Shown here piece by piece: positions 19,518-29,224 of a stretch of DNA of 64,000 nucleotides (the first letter of the stretch is position 1; the number at the start of each line of letters is the position of its first letter). The stretch comes from Formosa sp. (GTDB lineage Bacteria > Bacteroidota > Bacteroidia > Flavobacteriales > Flavobacteriaceae): assembly GCA_018673215.1 (NCBI GenBank), contig JABHDE010000077.1, positions 3,827-67,826 on the forward strand, in the 5' to 3' direction. Under the pieces are notes generated by a model, which searched no databases, was not told the DNA's origin, and saw only the letters and a program-made list of their open reading frames with translations. A program made the position numbers and the translations under genes.

Positions 19518-20612
19518 ATGATAGTTCAAGATGTGATCACGCATTTAGAAACTTTAGCACCACTTCCGTATGCTGAAGAATTTGACAATGTGGGCCTTTT
19601 GGTCGGGCATAAAACCACTAAATTAACAGGTTTATTAGTAACGCTCGACACTCTTGAAGAAGTGGTAGATGAAGCCATTGAAAACCAATGCAATTTGATT
19701 GTGAGTTTTCACCCAATTATTTTTAAAGGTCTCAAAAAAATTACTGGAAACACCTACGTGGAACGTGTATTGCTAAAAGCGATCGAACATAAAATTGCGA
19801 TTTATGCCATTCATACGGCGCTTGACAATGTTTTTGAAGGCTCGAATTCAGGGCTTTGTGATCTTTTAGGGCTAAAAAATAAAGCAATCCTGATTCCACA
19901 AGCGGGCACTATCAAACAATTGACCACCTATGTTCCTAAAAAAAATGCTGATGCCGTTCGAACCGCCTTGTTTACAAGTGGTGCTGGAAGCATTGGAAAT
20001 TATACCAACTGTAGTTATAACAGCGATGGCACAGGAACCTTTAAAGGAAACGAGCATTCAAACCCTGTCATTGGAGCGAAACATGATTTTCAAAAAGTTT
20101 CTGAAACAAAAATCACGGTGAGCTTTGCAAAACATATAGAAAATGACATTTTGAAAGCACTTTTTAGCAGCCATCCCTACGAGGAAGTTGCTTATGAGGT
20201 GGTGACACTAGAAAATAAAAACCAACATATTGGCATGGGAATGATTGGGCAACTAGAGCAGCCAATGGATGAAATATCTTTTTTAAAATTTGTTAAAACT
20301 CGTTTGAACTGTTCGTCTATTAGGCATTCAGTATTATTAGAATCTTCAATTCAAAAAATAGCTGTTTTAGGCGGATCTGGAAGCTTCGCAATCGAAGCCG
20401 CTAAAGCTGCTGATGCAGATGCATTTATCACGGCCGATTTAAAATATCATGATTTTTTTAGTGCAGAAAACAAGCTTATATTAGTAGACGTTGGACACTA
20501 TGAAAGTGAACAACATATAAAAAATATTTTAGTTGCCCATCTTAAGAAAAAAATTACTAATTTTGCAGTCCTTTTATCAAAGATAAATACAAACCCTGTA
20601 ACGTATAAATAA
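19518..20612 (+). CDS. Nif3-like dinuclear metal center hexameric protein
   Basis: DNVGL, HPIIF, HTALD, HPYEE, GHYESE. Confidence 0.93.
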   Translation: MIVQDVITHLETLAPLPYAEEFDNVGLLVGHKTTKLTGLLVTLDTLEEVVDEAIENQCNLIVSFHPIIFKGLKKITGNTYVERVLLKAIEHKIAIYAIHTALDNVFEGSNSGLCDLLGLKNKAILIPQAGTIKQLTTYVPKKNADAVRTALFTSGAGSIGNYTNCSYNSDGTGTFKGNEHSNPVIGAKHDFQKVSETKITVSFAKHIENDILKALFSSHPYEEVAYEVVTLENKNQHIGMGMIGQLEQPMDEISFLKFVKTRLNCSSIRHSVLLESSIQKIAVLGGSGSFAIEAAKAADADAFITADLKYHDFFSAENKLILVDVGHYESEQHIKNILVAHLKKKITNFAVLLSKINTNPVTYK

Positions 20613-20614
20613 GC

Positions 20615-21394
20615 ATGGCTAAAAAGAAAGAACTAACTGTAGAGGATCGATTAAGAGCTCTTTATGATTTACAATTGATCGACTCAAGAGTTGACGAAAT
20701 TAGAAATGTAAGAGGAGAACTTCCTCTAGAAGTTAGAGATTTAGAAGACGATGTTGAAGGATTCAAAAACAGAGTTCAAAAGTTTGAAGAAAACCTTACG
20801 GAAATCGAAAATCAAATAAAATCTAAAAAGATTCTTATTGAGGAAGCGACTGCATTGATTAAAAAATATACCGAACAACAAAAAAATGTTCGTAACAATC
20901 GTGAATTTAATTCTCTAACAAAAGAAGTTGAATTCCAAGAACTTGAAATCCAATTAGCTGAAAAACACATCAAAGAGTTTAACGTTCAAATGGAACAAAA
21001 AAATGTGGTAATTACTTCAACCAAGGAACGCCTAGAAGAACGTGAAAACCATTTGAAGCACAAAAAAGCTGATCTTGATGCCATCCTAGCAGAAACCGAA
21101 AAAGAAGAAAAACTTTTATTAGCTAAATCAGATGATTATAAAAAAAATATCGAAGAGCGTCTAGTAAAAGCATACACTAAAATCCGTACAAACGTCAAAA
21201 ATGGTTTAGCAATCGTACCTATTGAAAGAGGTGCTTCAGGGGGATCTTACTTTACAATCCCACCACAAGTTCAGATGGAAATCGCATCTCGCAAAAAAAT
21301 TATTACAGATGAGCATAGTGGTCGAATTTTAGTCGATGCTGCTTTAGCTGAAGAACAAAAAATTAAAATGGAAAAACTGATTTCTAAACTTTAA
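20615..21394 (+). CDS. Coiled-coil/zinc-ribbon-like protein (DUF164, CT398/HP0958-like)
   Basis: LQ.ID start, long coiled coil, ribbon-like C-terminus ending GRIL. Confidence 0.85.
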   Translation: MAKKKELTVEDRLRALYDLQLIDSRVDEIRNVRGELPLEVRDLEDDVEGFKNRVQKFEENLTEIENQIKSKKILIEEATALIKKYTEQQKNVRNNREFNSLTKEVEFQELEIQLAEKHIKEFNVQMEQKNVVITSTKERLEERENHLKHKKADLDAILAETEKEEKLLLAKSDDYKKNIEERLVKAYTKIRTNVKNGLAIVPIERGASGGSYFTIPPQVQMEIASRKKIITDEHSGRILVDAALAEEQKIKMEKLISKL

Positions 21395-21416
21395 TTTTTA
21401 CTTTACATATATTCAG

Positions 21417-21443
21417 AGCCTTCATTTTTATGAGGGCTTTTTT
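21417..21443 (+). terminator. Intrinsic terminator
   Basis: AGCCTTCA-TTTTTA-TGAGGGCT followed by a T run. Confidence 0.75.
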
Positions 21444-21512
21444 ATTTAATATAATTTTCACATTTAAATAAAATTTGGGTTGTAGTTTTAGATTTTAATA
21501 AATAAAAAAAGA

Positions 21513-22175
21513 ATGAAAAACATAACCACGCTTATCATTTGCCTAACCTTCAGTTTAGCAAGTTGTCAAACAAAAAAAGAAAAGACTCAAATGCAAGTGG
21601 ATGTAAAAAATGCATCTCCCGTTGAGGTTCCTCTAAAAGACGGCATGGCGCGCGCTTATTTTGCGAGTGGGTGCTTTTGGTGTGTCGAAGCCGTTTATGA
21701 AAGCGTCAAAGGTGTTTCAGAGGTTATTAATGGATATGCAGGAGGCTACACAGAGAACCCCACTTACCAAGCAAGCAACACTGGAAGAACCGGGCATGCC
21801 GAAGCTGTTGAAGTGATCTACGACCGAACAGTCGTGAATTTTTCAACCCTTTTGGAAGTGTATTTTGGCTCCCAAAACATTACACAAGTTAATGGGCAAG
21901 GACCTGATAGAGGATCCCAATACCGCTCTATCATTTTTTATCAAAATACGACACAAAAAGCACTCATTAATCAAAAGATTGAAACACTTGAAAAATCATC
22001 AAACATAAATGTTGCAGCCGAAATCTATCCATTCCAAAAGTTCTGGAAAGGGGAAGACTATCATCAAAATTATGAACGGCTACATCCAAATAATTCCTAC
22101 ATAAGGAACGTATCTATCCCTCGTTTAAGAAAATTTCAGCAGAAATTCCCGCACTTACTTAAATCAAACCATTAA
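21513..22175 (+). CDS. msrA: Peptide-methionine (S)-S-oxide reductase, lipoprotein
   Basis: GCFWC, GYAGG, GHAEAV, QGPDRGSQYRS, EDYHQ; lipobox LASC. Confidence 0.93.
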   Translation: MKNITTLIICLTFSLASCQTKKEKTQMQVDVKNASPVEVPLKDGMARAYFASGCFWCVEAVYESVKGVSEVINGYAGGYTENPTYQASNTGRTGHAEAVEVIYDRTVVNFSTLLEVYFGSQNITQVNGQGPDRGSQYRSIIFYQNTTQKALINQKIETLEKSSNINVAAEIYPFQKFWKGEDYHQNYERLHPNNSYIRNVSIPRLRKFQQKFPHLLKSNH

Positions 22176-22245
22176 TTTTTAAGCCTCAATTCCACTTTGT
22201 TTTCAATCAAAATTGTTTATTTTTGAGAGAATTCAATCATATCAA

Positions 22246-23520
22246 ATGTTGTCAAGTCACAAGCCCGGAATTGATTATGCTAAAGCACAAGATCAAAAAG
22301 ATCCTTTGGCTAACTACCGTGAAAAGTTTCACATTCCTAAAAACTCAGAAGGTCAAGAATGGTTGTACTTCTCAGGAAATTCTCTAGGACTTCAACCTAA
22401 ACAAACAAAAAAACAGATTCAACAAGAGTTAGATGATTGGGCAAATTTAGGCGTTGAAGGTCACTTCGAAGCCAAAAATCCATGGATGCCTTACCACGAA
22501 TTTCTGACCGAAACTATGGCGGAGATTGTGGGAGCCAAGCCGATAGAAGTGGTCATTATGAACACACTGACGACCAATCTTCACTTGTTGATGGTTTCAT
22601 TTTATCAACCGACCAAAACAAAATATAAAATCGTGATTGAAAGTGATGCCTTTCCCTCCGATCGGTATGCCGTAGAAACACAGTTGCGCTTTCATGGGTT
22701 TGACCCTTTAGAATCGCTGGTAGAATGGACGCCTAGAAAGGGTGAAACCCTTTTAAACATAGAGGATTTAGAAACTATTTTAGAGACTCAAGGCGATGAA
22801 ATCGCTTTGTTATTAATTGGCGGTGTCAATTATTATACAGGACAATATTTAGATTTAAAAAGAATTGCCGAACTCGGTCATCAACAGGGATGTAAAGTAG
22901 GGATTGACTTGGCACATGGGGTTGGAAATATTCAACCAAAGCTTCATGAATCGGGAGTCGATTTTGCGGCTTGGTGTACTTATAAATACATGAATTCTGG
23001 TCCTGGAAGTCTCGGCGGAATTTTTGTTCACGAACGCTATGCCTATGATACGTCCTTAAAACGATTTGCAGGCTGGTGGAGTCAAAATAAAGCCACACGT
23101 TTTGATATGCGTCAACCTTTAGATATTATTCCGGGAGCAGAGGGCTGGCAATTGAGCAACCCTCCTATTTTATCTATGGCAGCAATTAAAGCTTCTTTGG
23201 AACTATTTAATGAGGTTGGGATGTCCGCATTAAGAGAAAAATCCATAAAACTGACAGGCTATTTAGAATACCTCATTTTGGGACTTGGAAATGAAAATAT
23301 TTCTATCATAACACCAAAAGACCCAGAGCAAAGAGGATGCCAACTCTCCATACAAGTGAAAAACGCAAACAAATCTTTACACACAAAACTAACTGATGCT
23401 CATGTGATTACTGACTGGAGAACCCCAGATGTGATTCGGTGTGCTCCTACCCCTTTTTATAATTCATTTAAAGACGTTTATAAAATGGTAGAAATCTTAA
23501 AAACAATTTTAAATGCCTAA
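22246..23520 (+). CDS. kynU: Kynureninase
   Basis: GNSLGLQP, MNTLTTNLHL, FPSD.Y, DLAHGVGN, WCTYKYMNSGPG. Confidence 0.96.
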   Translation: MLSSHKPGIDYAKAQDQKDPLANYREKFHIPKNSEGQEWLYFSGNSLGLQPKQTKKQIQQELDDWANLGVEGHFEAKNPWMPYHEFLTETMAEIVGAKPIEVVIMNTLTTNLHLLMVSFYQPTKTKYKIVIESDAFPSDRYAVETQLRFHGFDPLESLVEWTPRKGETLLNIEDLETILETQGDEIALLLIGGVNYYTGQYLDLKRIAELGHQQGCKVGIDLAHGVGNIQPKLHESGVDFAAWCTYKYMNSGPGSLGGIFVHERYAYDTSLKRFAGWWSQNKATRFDMRQPLDIIPGAEGWQLSNPPILSMAAIKASLELFNEVGMSALREKSIKLTGYLEYLILGLGNENISIITPKDPEQRGCQLSIQVKNANKSLHTKLTDAHVITDWRTPDVIRCAPTPFYNSFKDVYKMVEILKTILNA

Positions 23521-24907
23521 ACAAGAATCCATATTAATTATTGGAGCAGGACTTTGTGGATCCTTACTCGCCTTGCGATTAGGCCAACGCGGATTTAACG
23601 TACGTGTTATAGAAATGCGGCAAGATTTAAGAAAAGTGGATATCAGTGCAGGGCGCTCTATCAATTTAGCCTTTTCAAATCGTGGATTGAAAGCGATTAA
23701 AATGGTTGGATTGGAATCAAAAGTTGAATCCTTATGCATTCCAATGCACGGTCGAATGATACACGATAAAGAAGGAAATACCTTTCTTTCAAACTATAGT
23801 GGACGTAAAAATGAGTCTATAAATTCTATTTCTAGAGAATTGCTAACCGCTCTCTTACTTGACGAGGCAGAAGCCCTAGAAAATGTGACTATAGAATTCA
23901 ATAAACGTAGTACAAAAGTAGATTTCGAAGCCAAAATAGGGTGTTTTGAAGACACTATTTCTGGCGAAGTTTTTGAGGTATCCGCCGACCTCATCTTCGG
24001 AACAGATGGTGCGGGTTCCTCTTTAAGAAAAAGTTATTTCGAGAAACGTAAATTTTTATTTAGTTTTTCACAGAATTATCTCACCCATGGCTATAAGGAA
24101 TTAACGATTCAGCCAACAAAAAGTGGCGAGTTTAAGGCTTTTAAAAATGCGCTCCATATTTGGCCGAGAGGCGATTTTATGATCATTGCATTGCCAAATT
24201 TAGATGGCAGTTTTACCGTAACCCTATTTTTAAGTTATGAAACAGGCGAATACAATTTCAATAATTTAAAAACCCCAGAAATTGTCACTGAATTTTTCAG
24301 GAATGAATTCCCTGATGCTCTGGATTTAATGCCTAATTTAGTAGAAGAATTTTTTGAAAACCCAACCGCACCCTTAGGAACGGTGAAGTGTTTTCCATGG
24401 CAGCACAAAGGCAACAGCCTTTTACTAGGAGATGCTGCCCACGCTATTGTTCCGTTTTACGGACAAGGCATGAACGCCTCATTTGAAGATGTCGTTGAAT
24501 TTGATGCATTTTTGGACCAACATAAAGGAGATTGGGAAGCCACATTCAAAGCATTTGAGACTCATAGAAAAGTAGATACCGATGCGATTGCCGATTTAGC
24601 AATTGACAACTTCCACGAAATGAAAGATCATGTTGCCAACCCAATATTTCAAGAAAAACGAAAAATTGAAATGGCTTTGGAAACTGAATTTCCAGATATC
24701 TATTATTCAAAATATTCATTGGTAACTTTCAAAGAAACAATTGGCTATAACAAAGCCATGACCCAAGGTCGTGCGCAAGACAAAGCGATTTTGAGCATGC
24801 TATCCGCTCAAAAAATAGATTCCAATGAAAGTTTAGACGAACAACTTAAAAAAGTACAGGAAGAAACAAAGAGTATTCTTTCAGAGGATACACTTTTAAA
24901 ATATTAA
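23513..24907 (+). CDS. kmo: Kynurenine 3-monooxygenase
   Basis: GAGLCG, GRSINLA, HGYKEL, LHIWPR, GDAAHAIVPFYGQGMN. Confidence 0.93.
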   Translation: MPKQESILIIGAGLCGSLLALRLGQRGFNVRVIEMRQDLRKVDISAGRSINLAFSNRGLKAIKMVGLESKVESLCIPMHGRMIHDKEGNTFLSNYSGRKNESINSISRELLTALLLDEAEALENVTIEFNKRSTKVDFEAKIGCFEDTISGEVFEVSADLIFGTDGAGSSLRKSYFEKRKFLFSFSQNYLTHGYKELTIQPTKSGEFKAFKNALHIWPRGDFMIIALPNLDGSFTVTLFLSYETGEYNFNNLKTPEIVTEFFRNEFPDALDLMPNLVEEFFENPTAPLGTVKCFPWQHKGNSLLLGDAAHAIVPFYGQGMNASFEDVVEFDAFLDQHKGDWEATFKAFETHRKVDTDAIADLAIDNFHEMKDHVANPIFQEKRKIEMALETEFPDIYYSKYSLVTFKETIGYNKAMTQGRAQDKAILSMLSAQKIDSNESLDEQLKKVQEETKSILSEDTLLKY

Positions 24908-24931
24908 AGCACTAATAAAAAAACGAAGCTT

Positions 24932-25330
24932 ATGAGTACTAAAGTTAAACCAAGAGGTGCCTATCCACATACCAAACGCGTTGGTGATTTTATTTTTGTT
25001 TCAGGGACTAGTTCGAGACGGGCAGACAACAGTATTGCGGGCGTGGACATCATTGATGAAATGGGTACAAAGTACTTAAATATTGAAACACAAACGCGTG
25101 AAGTTCTTCAAAATATAAACACCAATTTAATCAACGAAGGGGCTAGTTTGGAAGATGTGGTTGATGTCACTACTTTTCTGGTGAATATGAATGATTTTGC
25201 AGGTTATAATAAAGTTTATGCTGAGTTTTTTAGTTCTGAATCAGGGCCTGCACGCACCACGGTTGCGGTGCACCAACTTCCACATCCCGATTTGGTGGTT
25301 GAAATTAAAGTAATGGCCTATAAAAAATGA
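24932..25330 (+). CDS. RidA/YjgF family protein, probable 2-aminomuconate deaminase
   Basis: [29 protein letters not shown] typical of the AmnD/NbaF subgroup; operon context. Confidence 0.85.
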   Translation: MSTKVKPRGAYPHTKRVGDFIFVSGTSSRRADNSIAGVDIIDEMGTKYLNIETQTREVLQNINTNLINEGASLEDVVDVTTFLVNMNDFAGYNKVYAEFFSSESGPARTTVAVHQLPHPDLVVEIKVMAYKK

Positions 25331-26778
25331 ACATGATCCACATACAAAACTATATCAACGGAGTATTTTCAGATCCCATTCAAAATGAATGGATTGACAA
25401 TATAGATCCTGCCGATGGTTTAGTGTATGGGAAAATTCCAAACTCGAGTTCTGAAGATGTGCAAGTTGCTTATGAAGCTGCTCAAAAAGCATTCATCACT
25501 TGGTCAGAAACCTCCATTGAAAAAAGAAGTGCTATTTTACTGAAAATAGCAAGTTTGATAGAAAACAATTTAGACCGCTTTGCAGCGGCAGAAAGTAAAG
25601 ATAATGGGAAACCTGTTTCTGTTGCAAAGGCTGTTGACATTCCTAGAGCAGCGAGTAACTTTCGGTTTTTTGGACATGCGATCACTCAGTTTTACAGCGA
25701 AAGTCACGAAACTAAAAGTGAAAAAACAATCAACTATACCCTACGACATCCAATAGGAGTTGTGGGATGTATTTCTCCTTGGAACCTACCCTTGTATTTG
25801 TTGTCATGGAAAATTGCCCCAGCATTGGCCGCTGGAAATTGTGTGGTTGCCAAACCTAGTGAAGTAACCCCTTATACTGCTTTTTTATTGGGCGAAATCT
25901 GTACCGAAGCAGGACTTCCTAAAGGAGTTTTAAATATTGTACATGGACTGGGGTCAAGTACCGGAAAAGCCATTGTAGAGCACCCACATATCAAAGCAAT
26001 TTCATTTACGGGTGGCACAGAAACAGGTGAATTTATTGCCAAAACAGCTGCTCCCTTGTTTAAAAAATTGTCCCTAGAATTGGGCGGGAAAAACCCAAAC
26101 ATCATTTTTGCAGATTGCGATTATGAGAAAATGCTCACCACCACTCTAAAGTCTTCGTTTTCTAACCAAGGTCAAATATGCTTGTGCGGAAGTCGAATTT
26201 TTGTGGAAGCTTCTATTTACGAACAATTTAAAGTCGATTTTACAGAACGTGTTCGACAACTTGTGGTCGGACATCCTTCAGATGAATCCACACAAATTGG
26301 AGCCTTGGTGTCTAAGTCCCACTTTGAGAAAGTACAAACTTATATTGAGGAAGTTGATAACAAAGAAAGTAGATTGTTATGTGGAGGTGAACCCGTCTTT
26401 ATTGATGGTTTTGAACATGGTTACTATCTTTCCCCTGCTGTGATTGAAGTAAATTCTAATCAGTGTAAACTGAACCAAGAAGAGATTTTTGGCCCTGTAG
26501 TTACTCTTATGTCATTTAATTCAGATGCTGAAGCATTGGCATTGGCAAACGATGTTAAATATGGTTTATCAGCCACAGTGTGGACTAATAACTTAAAACG
26601 AAGTTTGAGGTTCTCTGAGAAATTAGAAACGGGAATTGTCTGGATAAACACATGGATGCAGCGCGATTTGCGTACTCCATTTGGAGGAGTAAAATCTTCG
26701 GGGGTTGGTCGGGAAGGCGGATTTGAAGTGCTTCGTTTTTTCACCCAAACTAAAAATATATGTATCAATTACGAATAA
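25327..26778 (+). CDS. Aldehyde dehydrogenase, probable 2-aminomuconate 6-semialdehyde dehydrogenase
   Basis: [45 protein letters not shown] (ALDH8/HMSADH-like). Confidence 0.88.
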   Translation: MNMIHIQNYINGVFSDPIQNEWIDNIDPADGLVYGKIPNSSSEDVQVAYEAAQKAFITWSETSIEKRSAILLKIASLIENNLDRFAAAESKDNGKPVSVAKAVDIPRAASNFRFFGHAITQFYSESHETKSEKTINYTLRHPIGVVGCISPWNLPLYLLSWKIAPALAAGNCVVAKPSEVTPYTAFLLGEICTEAGLPKGVLNIVHGLGSSTGKAIVEHPHIKAISFTGGTETGEFIAKTAAPLFKKLSLELGGKNPNIIFADCDYEKMLTTTLKSSFSNQGQICLCGSRIFVEASIYEQFKVDFTERVRQLVVGHPSDESTQIGALVSKSHFEKVQTYIEEVDNKESRLLCGGEPVFIDGFEHGYYLSPAVIEVNSNQCKLNQEEIFGPVVTLMSFNSDAEALALANDVKYGLSATVWTNNLKRSLRFSEKLETGIVWINTWMQRDLRTPFGGVKSSGVGREGGFEVLRFFTQTKNICINYE

Positions 26779-26790
26779 TAAAAAAGACCG

Positions 26791-27573
26791 ATGAACTTAA
26801 ACTTAGAACATAAAAACGCTCTTGTTTGCGGAAGCACACAAGGGATTGGAAAAGCCGCCGCTTTTGCCTTAGCTTCTGAAGGCGTCAAACTCACCTTAGT
26901 CGCCAGAAATGAAATCAAACTTAAGGACGTAATTGCAACTCTTCCCAATACAGAAAAACACAATTATATTATTGCTGATTTTATGAACCCTTTAGATTTA
27001 AAAGCTAAAGTGGAAACTTATATTCAAAAGAATCATGGATTTCATATTCTTGTCAACAATACTGGAGGTCCAAGAAGTGGTGCCATTATCGACGCAAGCT
27101 TAGAAGCCTTTGAAAATGCCTTTACACAACATCTAAAATGCAACCACGTACTTGCACAACTCACCGTTCCATTTATGAAAAAAGAATCATATGGACGGAT
27201 TATTAATGTCATTTCAACCTCAGTAAAAGAACCGATTGAAGGTTTAGGTGTGAGTAATACCATTAGAAATGCTGTAGGAAACTGGAGTAAGACACTTTCT
27301 TTTGAGTTGGGAAGTTTTGGAATTACAGTTAATAATGTTTTACCTGGATTTACTGAAACCGAACGCTTGAACGAGATTATTAAAATCAAAGCAAATCAAG
27401 CGCAGACGAGTATAGAAGAAATGACAGAAATCATGAAAAACTATACGCCTGCAAAACGCTTTGCAAAACCAGAAGAAACTGCCAATGCAATTGTGTTTTT
27501 AGCGAGTGAAGCAGCCAGCTATATAAACGGCGTAAACATCCCTGTGGATGGTGGTCGCACAAAATCTTTGTAA
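26791..27573 (+). CDS. Atypical short-chain dehydrogenase/reductase
   Basis: GSTQGIG, NNTGGP, PG.TET, VDGG; SNTIR at the YxxxK position. Confidence 0.88.
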   Translation: MNLNLEHKNALVCGSTQGIGKAAAFALASEGVKLTLVARNEIKLKDVIATLPNTEKHNYIIADFMNPLDLKAKVETYIQKNHGFHILVNNTGGPRSGAIIDASLEAFENAFTQHLKCNHVLAQLTVPFMKKESYGRIINVISTSVKEPIEGLGVSNTIRNAVGNWSKTLSFELGSFGITVNNVLPGFTETERLNEIIKIKANQAQTSIEEMTEIMKNYTPAKRFAKPEETANAIVFLASEAASYINGVNIPVDGGRTKSL

Positions 27574-27603
27574 CTTTAAAAAATTAATCCTAATATAATA
27601 CCC

Positions 27604-28128
27604 ATGAGCAAGCTAGTATCTCCCTTAAATATTAAAGCCTGGATTGAAGAAAACAGAGCCTTATTAAAACCCCCTGTTGGAAACAAATGCGTCTGGAACG
27701 ATGGCGAATTTATAGTGATGGTTGTTGGTGGTCCCAATAACAGAAAAGATTACCATTACAATGAAACCCCAGAATTTTTCTATCAATTAGAAGGGGATAT
27801 TGTCCTAAAAATAATTGACAATGGCATCGCCAAAGATGTCCATATCAAAGAAGGGGATATTTATTTATTGCCTGCAAAAGTCCCACATTCCCCACAAAGG
27901 GGTGCAAACACGGTTGGGATCGTCATTGAATACCCAAGACCAAAAGGAGTAGAAGATGCTTTGGAATGGTATTGCGAAAACTGCAACCATCAACTCTTTA
28001 GAGCACCCTTTGTATTAGACAATATTGAAACCGATATGCCGATTATATTTGATCGCTATTATTCGAGTGAAGAAAAATGTACCTGTGCCCAGTGTGGCAC
28101 CAAAATGGAGGTACCAAACAAGATTTAA
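27604..28128 (+). CDS. nbaC: 3-hydroxyanthranilate 3,4-dioxygenase
   Basis: LKPPVGNK, VGGPN.RKDYH, EFFYQ, PHSPQR; CENC and CAQC rubredoxin-like site. Confidence 0.95.
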   Translation: MSKLVSPLNIKAWIEENRALLKPPVGNKCVWNDGEFIVMVVGGPNNRKDYHYNETPEFFYQLEGDIVLKIIDNGIAKDVHIKEGDIYLLPAKVPHSPQRGANTVGIVIEYPRPKGVEDALEWYCENCNHQLFRAPFVLDNIETDMPIIFDRYYSSEEKCTCAQCGTKMEVPNKI

Positions 28129-28141
28129 AATACATACATCT

Positions 28142-29224
28142 ATGAAACGTAAACTTCGCATCAACGGACATTCCCATTTACTTCCTTATCCAGAAGAAAT
28201 TCCTCAATTCATGAAAGAAAAGGAGATTTTTTGGGTGGACGATGAGCGCAAGCATATGCTACAAAAGGGATGGAGTCGGCCTGTGACGCATTCAAGTTTT
28301 TTCTTAGATGAAAAACTGGAGTGGATGGAGGAAAATAAAATTGACCACGCAGTTGTTTTAAATTTATCTCAACTCTACGGAAATGGCTTGCGTTTAGAAG
28401 AAATGAAAAAAGCATTGCGTTTTCAGAACGATTATAATGCGAGAATTCAACACGACAATGCGTCTAAATTCACGTGTGGATTTGTGGTACATCCAGGATT
28501 TATTCAAGGAGCTTTGTGGGAAATTGAACGCTGCGTGAAAGAATTAGGTTTAAGAGTGTTGTGTTTACCCACTCACTTTATGGACAGTATTGGGCAATGG
28601 CGAAGTGTGTTTGATAAAGAAAATGACCCGATTTTTGAATTAGCAAATGAATATAACTTAGCTATTGAAGTTCACCCCTACGATGGTGAAAAAATGATTA
28701 AACTTGAAAACACCTCGTGGCGTTTTCATTTAATATGGATGCTAGCACAATGTGGAGATGCCTATCACTTTTACACTTTAAATGGCATGCAAGAACGCTA
28801 CCCAAACATCCGAACCTGTTTTGCCCATGGAGGTCAAATGGCGCAAATGAATCTTGGAAGACGAATTCAAGGATTTGATGGTCGCCCTGATTTATTTGAA
28901 GGGAAAACCCATCCACGTAAAGCCGTTGGACACCCAAATATTTATTTTGACACCTTGGTTCATGATACGGATTCCTTAGAATTAATGTTGAAGCGTCAAG
29001 GAAGTAATCAAATTATTATGGGATTGGACGATCCTTATCCATTAGGAGAAATGGAAAGCGAAGCACAGTCCTCTTATCCAGGAAAACTACTCGATCTTGC
29101 AATTGACCGAGAACTTATATCTCAAACGCAATACGACGAGATTTGGGAAGACAATGTTTTAAGATGGTTGTTCGGAGAAGACAAAGTACAAGCTGAAAAA
29201 TTGATTCAAAAAATACTATCCTAA
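28142..29224 (+). CDS. Amidohydrolase, probable ACMS decarboxylase (ACMSD)
   Basis: HSH, EVHP, AHGG, FDTLVHD, GLDDPYPLGE amidohydrolase_2 motifs; follows the HAA dioxygenase. Confidence 0.82.
   Translation: MKRKLRINGHSHLLPYPEEIPQFMKEKEIFWVDDERKHMLQKGWSRPVTHSSFFLDEKLEWMEENKIDHAVVLNLSQLYGNGLRLEEMKKALRFQNDYNARIQHDNASKFTCGFVVHPGFIQGALWEIERCVKELGLRVLCLPTHFMDSIGQWRSVFDKENDPIFELANEYNLAIEVHPYDGEKMIKLENTSWRFHLIWMLAQCGDAYHFYTLNGMQERYPNIRTCFAHGGQMAQMNLGRRIQGFDGRPDLFEGKTHPRKAVGHPNIYFDTLVHDTDSLELMLKRQGSNQIIMGLDDPYPLGEMESEAQSSYPGKLLDLAIDRELISQTQYDEIWEDNVLRWLFGEDKVQAEKLIQKILS

Noticed and set aside
19473-19544. Apparent head-to-head overlap of lpxK and the Nif3-like gene in the ORF track
   Set aside because: Artefact of longest-ORF calling; lpxK most likely starts at ATG 19472
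28025-28141. Long overlap of the ACMSD ORF with nbaC
   Set aside because: The likely start is ATG 28142; the upstream extension has no motif support
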